DNA from: Anaerolineales bacterium
GTDB lineage: Bacteria > Chloroflexota > Anaerolineae > Anaerolineales > UBA11858
Direction of reading: 5' to 3'
NCBI GenBank assembly: GCA_024763275.1
Contig: JANTFT010000005.1
Location: forward strand, 8,758-72,757
Length of the DNA stretch: 64,000 nucleotides
Shown here: piece by piece, positions 27,742 to 37,368 of the stretch
Layout of the letters: the number at the start of each line of letters is the position of its first letter
Numbering within the stretch: position 1 is the stretch's first letter
Notes under the pieces: generated by a model
What the model was told of the DNA's origin: nothing
The model's database searches: none
Seen by the model: only the letters and a program-made list of their open reading frames with translations
Program-made: the position numbers and the translations under genes

Positions 27742-28785
27742 TTGCTGAGCAGAAGAGGGTTCTATTTATTACTGGTCATTTCGATCCTGCTGACGGGATG
27801 CAATCCGGGCAGAGGTTCAGATGGAACTCAGGGGGAGTTGGCAGTCACTGATACACCAATTCCGACCCAGACACCGGCCGACACTCCCACACCGCTGGCC
27901 CCTGTGGGTGTGTTCCTTTCTCCCCCAGATGCTGACCCTGATCTGGTTGAGGCTTTGAACCCACTGGTGAGCGGTTACCTGAGGGACGAAGGACTGCGAT
28001 ACCAGGTGCTGCCCAATCTTAACCAGGCGGATTTTGAAAGCGAACGCTATGCCATCGTAGTGGTTGTTCCTCCTTTTCCTGATCTGGAAGCCCTGGCGGA
28101 ATCAGCTCCTGACACCAAGTTCCTGGCGGTGGGGTTCAATGATCTGGAAGTGAGCGAGAATTTGAGCGTGCTGGGTTCAGGAGGAGGGGATTACGATATC
28201 CAGGGATTCATTGCTGGATATATCGCAGCCATGATCACGTCTGATTGGAGGGTAGGGGTGCTCAGTGTGGAGGACAACCCGGATGCCCTGGCTGCCCGCA
28301 ATGGCTTTCGGACCGGCGTTAAGTATTACTGCGGTTTATGCAACCCCAAATACGCGCCAACAGGTATCAATTACATTTATCCCAAATACATCGATTTGCC
28401 GGCGGACGCCACCGATCAGCAGATCGCTGCCAATATCGATTTTCTGGTGGACCGGGTGGTGAATACCTTTTATATAGTGCCCGGAGTGGGGACACCTCAA
28501 ATTTACCGGACACTGGTTGGCTATCAAAAGAATATCATTGGATCTGGCTCTGACTTCAGGGAGGAGTACCAGGATTATTGGGTGGCTTCCCTGGAATATG
28601 ACCTGGTATCTGCGCTGGAGGATTTCTGGCCCCAGTTTTTAGCTGCGGAAACTGGAATTACCGGCAATCCCCCGCTGCTGCTGACCGATATCAACTATGA
28701 TGTGTTGAGTGAGGGAAAGCTGAGATTGGTTCAGAAAGTGCTCGAAGACCTGATCGGCGGTTATATCAAGACCAGCTACGATTAA
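27742..28785 (+). CDS. BMP/PnrA-like periplasmic-binding-fold lipoprotein
   Basis: TTG start 8 nt after AGGAGG. Lipobox ILLTGC. Core GFIAGYIAAMITSDWRVGVLS...ARNGFRTGVKYY...IIGSGSDF resembles Bmp-family binding proteins. No transporter genes are adjacent. Confidence 0.5.
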   Translation: MLSRRGFYLLLVISILLTGCNPGRGSDGTQGELAVTDTPIPTQTPADTPTPLAPVGVFLSPPDADPDLVEALNPLVSGYLRDEGLRYQVLPNLNQADFESERYAIVVVVPPFPDLEALAESAPDTKFLAVGFNDLEVSENLSVLGSGGGDYDIQGFIAGYIAAMITSDWRVGVLSVEDNPDALAARNGFRTGVKYYCGLCNPKYAPTGINYIYPKYIDLPADATDQQIAANIDFLVDRVVNTFYIVPGVGTPQIYRTLVGYQKNIIGSGSDFREEYQDYWVASLEYDLVSALEDFWPQFLAAETGITGNPPLLLTDINYDVLSEGKLRLVQKVLEDLIGGYIKTSYD

Positions 28786-28806
28786 TACCGGACGGGTGGT
28801 TGACCT

Positions 28807-29061
28807 CTAGAGTTTTTCCTTGGCGAGATCGTCAAAGCCCAGACTTTTAAGGACCACATAAAGCGACCGCTCCCGGGAGGAGGAAAAGACTTTTTGAGCC
28901 CGTTTCAGAGCGGCGTTCTTTTCCTCCCGGTCCCGGGCGAACATCCTGGCCCGGGATTTGTTATTAAGATAATCAGCGGCCTCAGAGACCTCATCTCCGG
29001 AGTGTTCCAGGGCTTCCAGGGTATATTCTTTGAGATAGCGTGCAAAGGTTTTTTGATTCAT
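28807..29061 (-). CDS. small hypothetical protein (84 aa, helical, charged), 8 nt downstream of murJ
   Basis: ORF only. MNQKTFARYLKEYTLEALEHSGDEVSEAADYLNNKSRARMFARDREEKNAALKRAQK... No motif recognised. Tightly packed behind murJ on the same strand. Confidence 0.4.
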   Translation of the reverse strand: MNQKTFARYLKEYTLEALEHSGDEVSEAADYLNNKSRARMFARDREEKNAALKRAQKVFSSSRERSLYVVLKSLGFDDLAKEKL

Positions 29062-29069
29062 TTCGCTTC

Positions 29070-30608
29070 CTAGATTTGGAGCAATTCTTTGATTTCAGGC
29101 AGCAGCCAGGGGATGATCTGCAGGCTGGCGGTCAGCAGGATTACTGCAGCATAAACCGCGTCGATCAGGACAGAGCCGCTGGAGCCAATGGCATACTTCA
29201 GGCCGGTCCCCAGCGCAGCGCCCGTTAAACTCGCTCCCAGGGCGCGCAGGAGGGTTTTACCGAGCCGGGGACGGTAGGGCATGATCCGGTGCAGCAGGAA
29301 AAGCAGCAGCAGTGCTTCACCTGTATAAGCCAGGGAATTCGCCAGCCCGATCCCGGGAGCGCCCCAGACCAGCGCCAGAGGGATCCCCAGGATCAGAAAG
29401 GAAAGTGTGGCGGCTCCAGAGGCCAAAAGGGGGGTTCTCGCGTTCTGGCGAGCGTAGAAGGACCGGGCAGCGACCTCCATCAGGGAATGGCCCACCAGCC
29501 CCACCAGGTAGGCCCGGACAGTCCATAGAACCAGTGATGTACCCTCACTGTCAAATCCCAGCAGGGAAATGACCGGCCCCAGATAGAGGGACAGGATCAC
29601 AGCCAGCGGCAGGGTCAGCCCTGCTAGAATGCGGATGGCTTTTTCAATTGTGGACTTGTAACCAGGCAGATCGTCCAGGGAGATCTGTTCAGACAGGGTG
29701 GGCAGCAGAGCTGTGCCCAGAGCTGTGCCGATCAGTGATTCGGGAAACTGCATGAACAGCCAGCCGTACACCAGCGCCGTGACAGCTCCCGTAGGCAGCC
29801 TGGAAGCCAGGTTATCCTGGATGATAAAAACCAGTTGGATGAAGAATACTGTCACCACCCGGGGGCCCATCAAGTGCAGCACCCGCACGACCCCCGGATC
29901 TTTCAGGTTCAGATCGGGCTGCCAGCGGAATCCGAATTTTAACAAAGTAGGAATCTGGATCAGCAAAAACAATCCGGCGCCCAGGATTACCCCATAAACC
30001 AGCCCGTACACTCCCATACCAAATGCCGGTAGGATCAGCGGCCCGATCCGGTAGGGTTCGGAGGGAGCTAGGATCAGGATGCCAATCAGGGAGCCAATGT
30101 CGTACATACTGGGAGCCAGGGCGGGAACCAGGAAGTGCTGCTGAGCCTGCAGTCCTGCGATGACGAGCCCTCCCAGTGAAAATAACAGGGTAGCGATCAG
30201 GTTCAAACGCATCAGGTCTACCACCAGATCCTGCTGGACCGCTGAGAAACCGGGTGCAATGCCGATCTCCCAGCTGACCAGCTGCCTCGCTCCCAGGGCG
30301 ATGAGAGCGGACAGCACAGCCGTGACCAGGAACACCCCGTTTGCTATGCGAGAGAACAACTGCCACATTTCGGGCCTGGTTTTGGTTTCCCGGTAGTCGG
30401 ACAGCACCGGTATAAAGGCCATGGCCAGTGCTCCGCCCGAGATCAAAGCAAAGAGCAGGTCAGGGATATTGTTGGCCGCGTTGAAGGCATCCAGTTCGGG
30501 GGATAATTGAAATGTCCGGGCAATCAGTACATTGCGGACAAATCCCAGGGCTTTCTCCAGTCCAAAGAACACAGCGATGATTAATGTGGACCGGGCGATA
30601 TGTTTCAT
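29070..30608 (-). CDS. murJ: lipid II flippase MurJ (MviN family)
   Basis: MKHIARSTLIIAVFFGLEKALGFVRNVLIARTFQLSPELDAFNAANNIPDLLFALISGGALAMAFIPVLS is the canonical MurJ N-terminus, with ~14 TM segments. Start placed at the internal ATG 30608. Confidence 0.85.
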   Translation of the reverse strand: MKHIARSTLIIAVFFGLEKALGFVRNVLIARTFQLSPELDAFNAANNIPDLLFALISGGALAMAFIPVLSDYRETKTRPEMWQLFSRIANGVFLVTAVLSALIALGARQLVSWEIGIAPGFSAVQQDLVVDLMRLNLIATLLFSLGGLVIAGLQAQQHFLVPALAPSMYDIGSLIGILILAPSEPYRIGPLILPAFGMGVYGLVYGVILGAGLFLLIQIPTLLKFGFRWQPDLNLKDPGVVRVLHLMGPRVVTVFFIQLVFIIQDNLASRLPTGAVTALVYGWLFMQFPESLIGTALGTALLPTLSEQISLDDLPGYKSTIEKAIRILAGLTLPLAVILSLYLGPVISLLGFDSEGTSLVLWTVRAYLVGLVGHSLMEVAARSFYARQNARTPLLASGAATLSFLILGIPLALVWGAPGIGLANSLAYTGEALLLLFLLHRIMPYRPRLGKTLLRALGASLTGAALGTGLKYAIGSSGSVLIDAVYAAVILLTASLQIIPWLLPEIKELLQI

Positions 30609-30680
30609 GAACGCAGTATAGCATACTCCACGTTTAGGACGGGGACTGTTCCAAGGGGTTTCTCCCCAGGGGCATCCTGG

Positions 30681-30708
30681 TTGATTTAGAGGGTTTAGGT
30701 GGTATGAT
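30681..30708 (+). promoter_or_regulatory. candidate sigma-70 promoter for the kinase/ahcY genes
   Basis: TTGATT-16 nt-TATGAT with a TG at the extended -10 position (tgGTATGAT), ~50 nt upstream of ATG 30760. Confidence 0.35.
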
Positions 30709-30759
30709 ATAGCTGGTTTTTGACCATATATACAGATTACCAAGGGATATTCGCGGATC

Positions 30760-31719
30760 ATGAGAGTAGCTTTAACAGGATCGATTGCCTACGACTATTT
30801 GATGACCTTCCCGGGACATTTCCAGGACCATATCCTGGCTGATAAATTAGAAGCTATCAGCCTGTCTTTTCTGGTAGATAAGATGGTCAAGCGTCGGGGC
30901 GGCATTGGTCCGAATATCGGTTATACGATGGCGCTGTTGGGCGGCAGCCCGATATTGTTCAGCACTGTTGGACAGGACTTTACAGAGTACCGGGAATGGC
31001 TGGAAAAGCACGGGGTGGACACCAGCGGCGTGCAGGTGATTGAAGATGATTTCACAGCCTCTTTCTTTGCGACAACAGATCGGAATAACTGCCAGATCGC
31101 CAGCTTCTATCCCGGGGCAATGGGCCAGGCTTCCCGGGTAAAACTTAGCGAGTGGCAGGGTGAACCCCTGGACCTGGTGGTGATTTCCCCTACAGATCCG
31201 GCAGCCATGAATCAGTACATTGACGAGGCTGATCAGCTGGAGCTGCCCTATCTGTATGACCCCAGCCAGCAGACGGTCAGACTTTCCGGGGAAGAACTCC
31301 GCCGGGGAGTATCCGGTGCCTATGCTTTGTTTGTGAATGAGTATGAATTCAGTCTGATCGAAAAACACGCCAATCTATCTCTGGACGAGATCAAAGAGCT
31401 GGTAGAGATTCTGGTCATTACCCTGGGCGACCAGGGTTCTCAGGTCTATTCCGGGGGGAGGGAATACTCCATTCCGGTTGTACCTCCTGAAAGGATTATC
31501 GATCCCACAGGAGTTGGGGATGCCTTCCGGGGTGGCTTTTTGACCGGTCTGAGCTTTAATCTGGGGCTGGAGCTTTGCGGCCAGATTGGAGCGCTGGCAG
31601 CCAGCTACTGTCTGGAGACTGATGGGCCTCAGAGCCATTTTTATACACCGGGTGATTTTATCGCCCGTTTCAGGAAGCATTTTGATGATCAGGGACAGCT
31701 GGATGTGCTGCTGAGCTGA
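30760..31719 (+). CDS. PfkB-family carbohydrate/nucleoside kinase, probably adenosine kinase
   Basis: N-terminal GSIAYD, the GG dipeptide region, and the C-terminal DPTGVGDAFRGGFLTGL PfkB signature. The adenosine kinase assignment rests on the position directly upstream of ahcY. Confidence 0.7.
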   Translation: MRVALTGSIAYDYLMTFPGHFQDHILADKLEAISLSFLVDKMVKRRGGIGPNIGYTMALLGGSPILFSTVGQDFTEYREWLEKHGVDTSGVQVIEDDFTASFFATTDRNNCQIASFYPGAMGQASRVKLSEWQGEPLDLVVISPTDPAAMNQYIDEADQLELPYLYDPSQQTVRLSGEELRRGVSGAYALFVNEYEFSLIEKHANLSLDEIKELVEILVITLGDQGSQVYSGGREYSIPVVPPERIIDPTGVGDAFRGGFLTGLSFNLGLELCGQIGALAASYCLETDGPQSHFYTPGDFIARFRKHFDDQGQLDVLLS

Positions 31720-31772
31720 GAAATTGAATTTTCAAATTTCCGGGTTTCCCCGGAATCTATTATTGATATTAG

Positions 31773-33047
<1,275 letters not shown>

Positions 33048-33088
33048 AGATTACCGGCTATCTGGAAGACTGCTCGAAAAGTCATGTC

Positions 33089-33127
33089 AAGAGCCTGCGG
33101 TGCAAGACCGCGGGCTCTTTGTTTTTC
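33089..33127 (+). terminator. rho-independent terminator after ahcY
   Basis: AAGAGCCtGCGGtgcaagaCCGCgGGCTCTTtgttttt. Confidence 0.6.
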
Positions 33128-33300
33128 CCTAACCTGTTCAGTCCTCATGGGCAATGTGAGTTCTGTCCATGTTTACTATAGCAAGGATTCTCTTTTGAGA
33201 AAATCCCTGTTTCCATGTACAATTCATGGTAATCTGGAAATGTCCTCCATCAGGATTGCCAGATATTTCACCAGCCTTTTACCAGTGAGGAAAGGTGTCT

Positions 33301-34353
33301 ATGACCGAGCTTTCCAGACGCAATTTCCTGCGTTTTCTAACTGCCTGCCTGGGATCTCTGGGCAGTCTCTATCTGGCAGGATGCCTTAACCGCCAGAAAT
33401 TGCTCACCAGGTCGATTTCCCCCGAAAAGATCTCCCCCAGTCCGTTTTTATCAGACGCGACCCAGCCCTCGACCAGTGTAGAATCTATTGAGGGGCCGAC
33501 CGAGACAAAGGCAGTGACGGATACCCCATCCCCCACTGCAGCTTATCCCGATCTGGTGGTTGCCCGTGGAGGGGAACCGGGAGAGATGGTCCGGGCTGTG
33601 GTTGCGGCTCTGGGAGGAATGGGTCTGTTTGTCAAAGCCGGGGATGTGGTGGTGGTTAAACCCAACATCTGTGTCGCCTACCACGGCTATGAATACGCTG
33701 CCACAACCAATCCCTGGGTGGTGGGGGAAGTGGTCAGGTTGGCTCTGGAAGCCGGTGCCAAGCAGGTCAAAGTGATGGATTTCCCCTTTGGAGGCACTGG
33801 TGAGCAGGCCTACCGTGTCAGCGGTATCCAGGCGGAGGTGCAGAAAGCTGGCGGGCGGATGGTGGAAATGACCGCTGTGAAGTTCCTGCCAGCGGAGATA
33901 CCTGGTGGGAAAGACCTTAAGACCGCCCGGATATATGATGACGTGCTGCGGGCTGACGTGCTGATCAACCTGCCAATCGCCAAACACCATCAGCTGGCAG
34001 GCCTCACTTTAGCGATGAAGAATTTGATGGGAGTGATCTATGACCGTCCCTTTATGCATGCTAATCTCGGCCAGCGGCTGGCGGACCTCAGCACCCGGGT
34101 GCGTTCCCATCTGGTGATCGTGGATGCGGTGCGCATGTTGATGGCCAACGGACCAACTGGCGGTAATCTCTCTGATGTTAAGAAAGCGGATACGATCATA
34201 GCATCGCCCAATATCGTTTCTGCAGACAGTTATGCGGCCACATTATTCGGCATCGAGCCCGAACAGATCAGCTATATCAAAAAAGGCGCTCAGATGGGAT
34301 TGGGGATCAAGAACCTTTCCAAGCTGAAGATCGAGGAGATCAACCTTGGCTGA
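33301..34353 (+). CDS. DUF362 domain protein with twin-arginine (Tat) signal and lipobox
   Basis: MTELSRRNFLRFLTACLGSLGSLYLAGC (RR motif plus lipobox), then a Ser/Thr/Pro linker. The DUF362-like core reads VVVKPNICVAY...NLPIAKHHQLAGLTLAMKNLMG...DAVRMLMANGP. Confidence 0.65.
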   Translation: MTELSRRNFLRFLTACLGSLGSLYLAGCLNRQKLLTRSISPEKISPSPFLSDATQPSTSVESIEGPTETKAVTDTPSPTAAYPDLVVARGGEPGEMVRAVVAALGGMGLFVKAGDVVVVKPNICVAYHGYEYAATTNPWVVGEVVRLALEAGAKQVKVMDFPFGGTGEQAYRVSGIQAEVQKAGGRMVEMTAVKFLPAEIPGGKDLKTARIYDDVLRADVLINLPIAKHHQLAGLTLAMKNLMGVIYDRPFMHANLGQRLADLSTRVRSHLVIVDAVRMLMANGPTGGNLSDVKKADTIIASPNIVSADSYAATLFGIEPEQISYIKKGAQMGLGIKNLSKLKIEEINLG

Positions 34354-35965
34354 GAAGGAGGCATCCCCCCAGAAAGGGTTGTCACCCGGAAAGCGGCTCC
34401 AGCTCAGACGGGCCAGCCAGGTGTTCTTCCTGGGAGTGTTCCTGGTGCTGTTCTTATGGTCCAGACGGGAATTCTACCTCAACCCATCCCTGGTGTCTGG
34501 ATTCAAAGAGAAGCTGGTCAATCTGCCCCTCCAGCTTGATCCGCTGGTGATGATCGCTCAATTTCTGGCCAGCCGAACGCTCGTCGCTGGCGCGCTGTTG
34601 GCGTTGATTACTGTCGCTATCACCCTGCTGTTAGGCAGGGTCTGGTGTGGCTGGTTCTGTCCGGTGGGCACGGTGCTGGATTGGATTCCTCTCAGATCAT
34701 GGAAAAAGAAACAACCCTCCCTGCCCGAAGGCCTGCGGGGTATCAAATATGTTCTGTTGCTGGTGATCTTGATTGCCGCCGGATTGGGAAATCTGTCCCT
34801 GTTGATCTTTGACCCGTTGACGATCGGTTATCGGACCTTGACAACCGCGGTCTGGCCAGGTCTCGACCGGCTTTTCACAGCTCTAGAGCTGGCTGCTTTC
34901 AAGGTCCCATTTCTGGGTTCAGCTGTAAGCTGGATCGACAGCCTGGCCCGTCCGGTGATCATCCCTGCCCATCCGGCAGTGTACCGCTACAGTCTCCTGT
35001 ATTTGGGATTTTTTGCGGGGTTGGTGGGGTTGAATGTACTGGCGCCGCGTTTCTGGTGCCGCTATCTTTGCCCCCTGGGTGGTTTCCTGGGGCTGCTGGG
35101 AAAGTTCAGCCTGGTGCATTGTGAGATCTCAGAAAGCTGTTCCCTGTGTGGCAGCTGCTTGCCTTCTTGCCCGACCGGGGCCATCCAGAAGGGAGAAAAA
35201 GTGTTCTGCGATCCGGGGGAATGCACCATGTGCCTGGCCTGTGCCGTTGACTGTCCGACAGGCCAGGTGACCTTTCCTGCGCAGAGCGCCGGGTTCATTC
35301 GCCAACCTTACGATCTCGACCGCCGCAAGGCTTTGATCTCTCTGGGAGCGGCTGCCGTAGGGGTGGGGCTGCTGGAAAGTGGGCTGGTAAATGACCGGAT
35401 ATCTCCCAAATTGATCCGCCCTCCAGGAGTTGAGAATGACAAATTTCTTAGCATCTGCATCCGCTGCGGGGAGTGCAGCACGGTATGCCCCACAAACGCT
35501 ATCCAGATGGCTGTCTTTGAGGGAGGGGTTGAAGGGTTCTGGACTCCGGTGCTGGTTCCCAGGATCGGGTACTGTGATTATTCCTGCCAGGCCTGCGGCC
35601 AGGTCTGTCCGGTAGCAGCCATCCCTCCACTGACGCTGGAACTGAAGAGGGTTCAAGTGCTGGGAAAGGCGGAAATCGATCGCGACCGCTGTTTGCCCTG
35701 GGCAGAGAACACTGAATGTATTGTCTGCGAGGAAATGTGCCCTGTACCGGATAAAGCAATTGAGCTTGAGGTCGTGGAGGTCGAAACCTCTGAGGGGGAA
35801 AAGCACCTTCTTCAGCGGCCGACAGTAATCCGCAAGCTGTGCATAGGCTGTGGTATCTGTGAGAATAAATGCCCTGTAGATGGCCAGGCAGCCATCCAGG
35901 TGAGCGCGCATACAGCTGCCGGCCAGGCAGGAGGCAGACAGCGCAGGGGTCACGGACCGCAATGA
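34346..35965 (+). CDS. membrane-bound polyferredoxin (NapH/MauN-like N-terminal TM domain + multiple 4Fe-4S motifs)
   Basis: CGWFCPVGT and RFWCRYLCPLGG are NapH-type membrane motifs. The CxxCxxCxxxCP clusters are CSLCGSCLPSCP, CTMCLACAVDCP, CIRCGECSTVCP, CQACGQVCP, CIVCEEMCP and CIGCGICENKCP. The start is uncertain (TTG 34346 overlaps the DUF362 stop). Confidence 0.7.
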   Translation: MAEKEASPQKGLSPGKRLQLRRASQVFFLGVFLVLFLWSRREFYLNPSLVSGFKEKLVNLPLQLDPLVMIAQFLASRTLVAGALLALITVAITLLLGRVWCGWFCPVGTVLDWIPLRSWKKKQPSLPEGLRGIKYVLLLVILIAAGLGNLSLLIFDPLTIGYRTLTTAVWPGLDRLFTALELAAFKVPFLGSAVSWIDSLARPVIIPAHPAVYRYSLLYLGFFAGLVGLNVLAPRFWCRYLCPLGGFLGLLGKFSLVHCEISESCSLCGSCLPSCPTGAIQKGEKVFCDPGECTMCLACAVDCPTGQVTFPAQSAGFIRQPYDLDRRKALISLGAAAVGVGLLESGLVNDRISPKLIRPPGVENDKFLSICIRCGECSTVCPTNAIQMAVFEGGVEGFWTPVLVPRIGYCDYSCQACGQVCPVAAIPPLTLELKRVQVLGKAEIDRDRCLPWAENTECIVCEEMCPVPDKAIELEVVEVETSEGEKHLLQRPTVIRKLCIGCGICENKCPVDGQAAIQVSAHTAAGQAGGRQRRGHGPQ

Positions 35966-35983
35966 TTCTGGCCGGACGGGGAG

Positions 35984-36973
35984 TTATTCGAGGGCGATAA
36001 AAACCTTGCCGTAGCCGAAGATCTCAGCATCAAACACAAATATCAGGCCGCTGGTGTCCTCCGGGATCTGGAATCCTATCTGACCGCGGACCCTCTCCCC
36101 CGGCTGCAGTTCATCATCGGGCAGGCCGCTGTCCAGGATCGATTGGGCACCAAGGTGAAAGGTGTACTTCTGCCCGGAGGCATCTTTCAGATACATTTGG
36201 ACTATGCTGGTGATCTCCCGGGTTGAATTTCCCTGGTTTTCAAGCTGGACATCAACTGCCACAAACTTATAACCTACCCTGGGTTGAACGATATCTGTGC
36301 CGTCAGGATAACTCACGCCCCGGACCTGGATGACCAGGTCAGAGATCTCGACTTGATCGCCGACTTGAAAGATTTCCTGCTGGTGAGCCAGGTTGAGGTC
36401 CTGAGGGGGCTCCATGGCTACCGGGGTTGATCCCAGATTAACTGAGACCTCTCCCAACCCGATCAGATTTGCCTCGTATACAAAAGTAAAATTGGTCTGG
36501 TCTTCAGGGACGTGGAATCCAACCTTGCCGCGGATCACTTCGCCGGGGCTGACCTCGCCGTTGGGGGGATTTCCTCCACCAGCAGCAGTTGCTCTGCCGT
36601 TCAGGTTGTATTTTCGACCGCTGGGGTCTTTTAATGTCATCTGGAAGACCGGGGAACTGGTAAAGGATTTGTCTCCCTGGTTGGCTATCATCAGGTCGAC
36701 GACCAGGTATTTTTTGCCCTCATCCGGGGGGTTGAATTCCCCTCCCGGGGGTTGGTCCCACCCCAAAACGACCAGGACCACATCATTTATGCTGATGATG
36801 TCGCCAATCTCGAAAATGGTTTTCTCCTGGGGGGCAGAGCTTTCCGGTGCTGTTTGCTGATCAATGGTTCCCAGGGCGCCAACCTTTGTAGGCTGCCGAT
36901 CCATCTGGCAGGCTGCAAGTGCCAGTAATAACAGAACTGCTGTGATACTGAATAGGACGTGTGTTCTCTTCAT
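35984..36973 (-). CDS. lipoprotein with two tandem DUF4352-like (Ig-like) domains
   Basis: MKRTHVLFSITAVLLLLALAAC. The module is duplicated (FEIGDIISINDVVLVVLGW...KKYLVVDLMIANQGDKSF...GRKY... and FQVGDQVEISDLVIQVRGV...YKFVAVDVQLENQGNSTR...GQKY...). Confidence 0.6.
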   Translation of the reverse strand: MKRTHVLFSITAVLLLLALAACQMDRQPTKVGALGTIDQQTAPESSAPQEKTIFEIGDIISINDVVLVVLGWDQPPGGEFNPPDEGKKYLVVDLMIANQGDKSFTSSPVFQMTLKDPSGRKYNLNGRATAAGGGNPPNGEVSPGEVIRGKVGFHVPEDQTNFTFVYEANLIGLGEVSVNLGSTPVAMEPPQDLNLAHQQEIFQVGDQVEISDLVIQVRGVSYPDGTDIVQPRVGYKFVAVDVQLENQGNSTREITSIVQMYLKDASGQKYTFHLGAQSILDSGLPDDELQPGERVRGQIGFQIPEDTSGLIFVFDAEIFGYGKVFIALE

Positions 36974-37368
36974 ATATCTTTCCCGGATTTTCCTTGGGTC
37001 AGGGGAGGAGCTGCTATCCATCACTCGTATACGATAATAATACAATATTTGGCAGCCAGAAGTTTAATAGAGCCTTTTAATAAGAATTCCTTTCCCGGTC
37101 TTATTGATACCTCTTCCTGTTCTGGGAAGGGTCGTTTCCGGGTGGGTGCCAGACGCTCCGGGCTGCTCTAATCTAACATTGTTCTAAGTGGGTAGCTGAA
37201 TTCAGAAGGAATTTAATATATAATCAGCAGCACACGCTGGAAGCTGGACAGGAAAGCTGGTCAGCCGGCTGACGTGGTAAAATTCTTTCCCACCGGAAGA
37301 GATTTGTAAAAGGCAGCTGGATTCTTGGGAGCAGGGCAGAGCCCGGAGACGATGTTTCAAGGAAGGGG

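Noticed and set aside
33084-33389. A 101-aa ORF in the ahcY-DUF362 spacer.
   Set aside because: It begins inside the ahcY terminator hairpin, has no SD, overlaps the real DUF362 start out of frame, and has an implausible composition.
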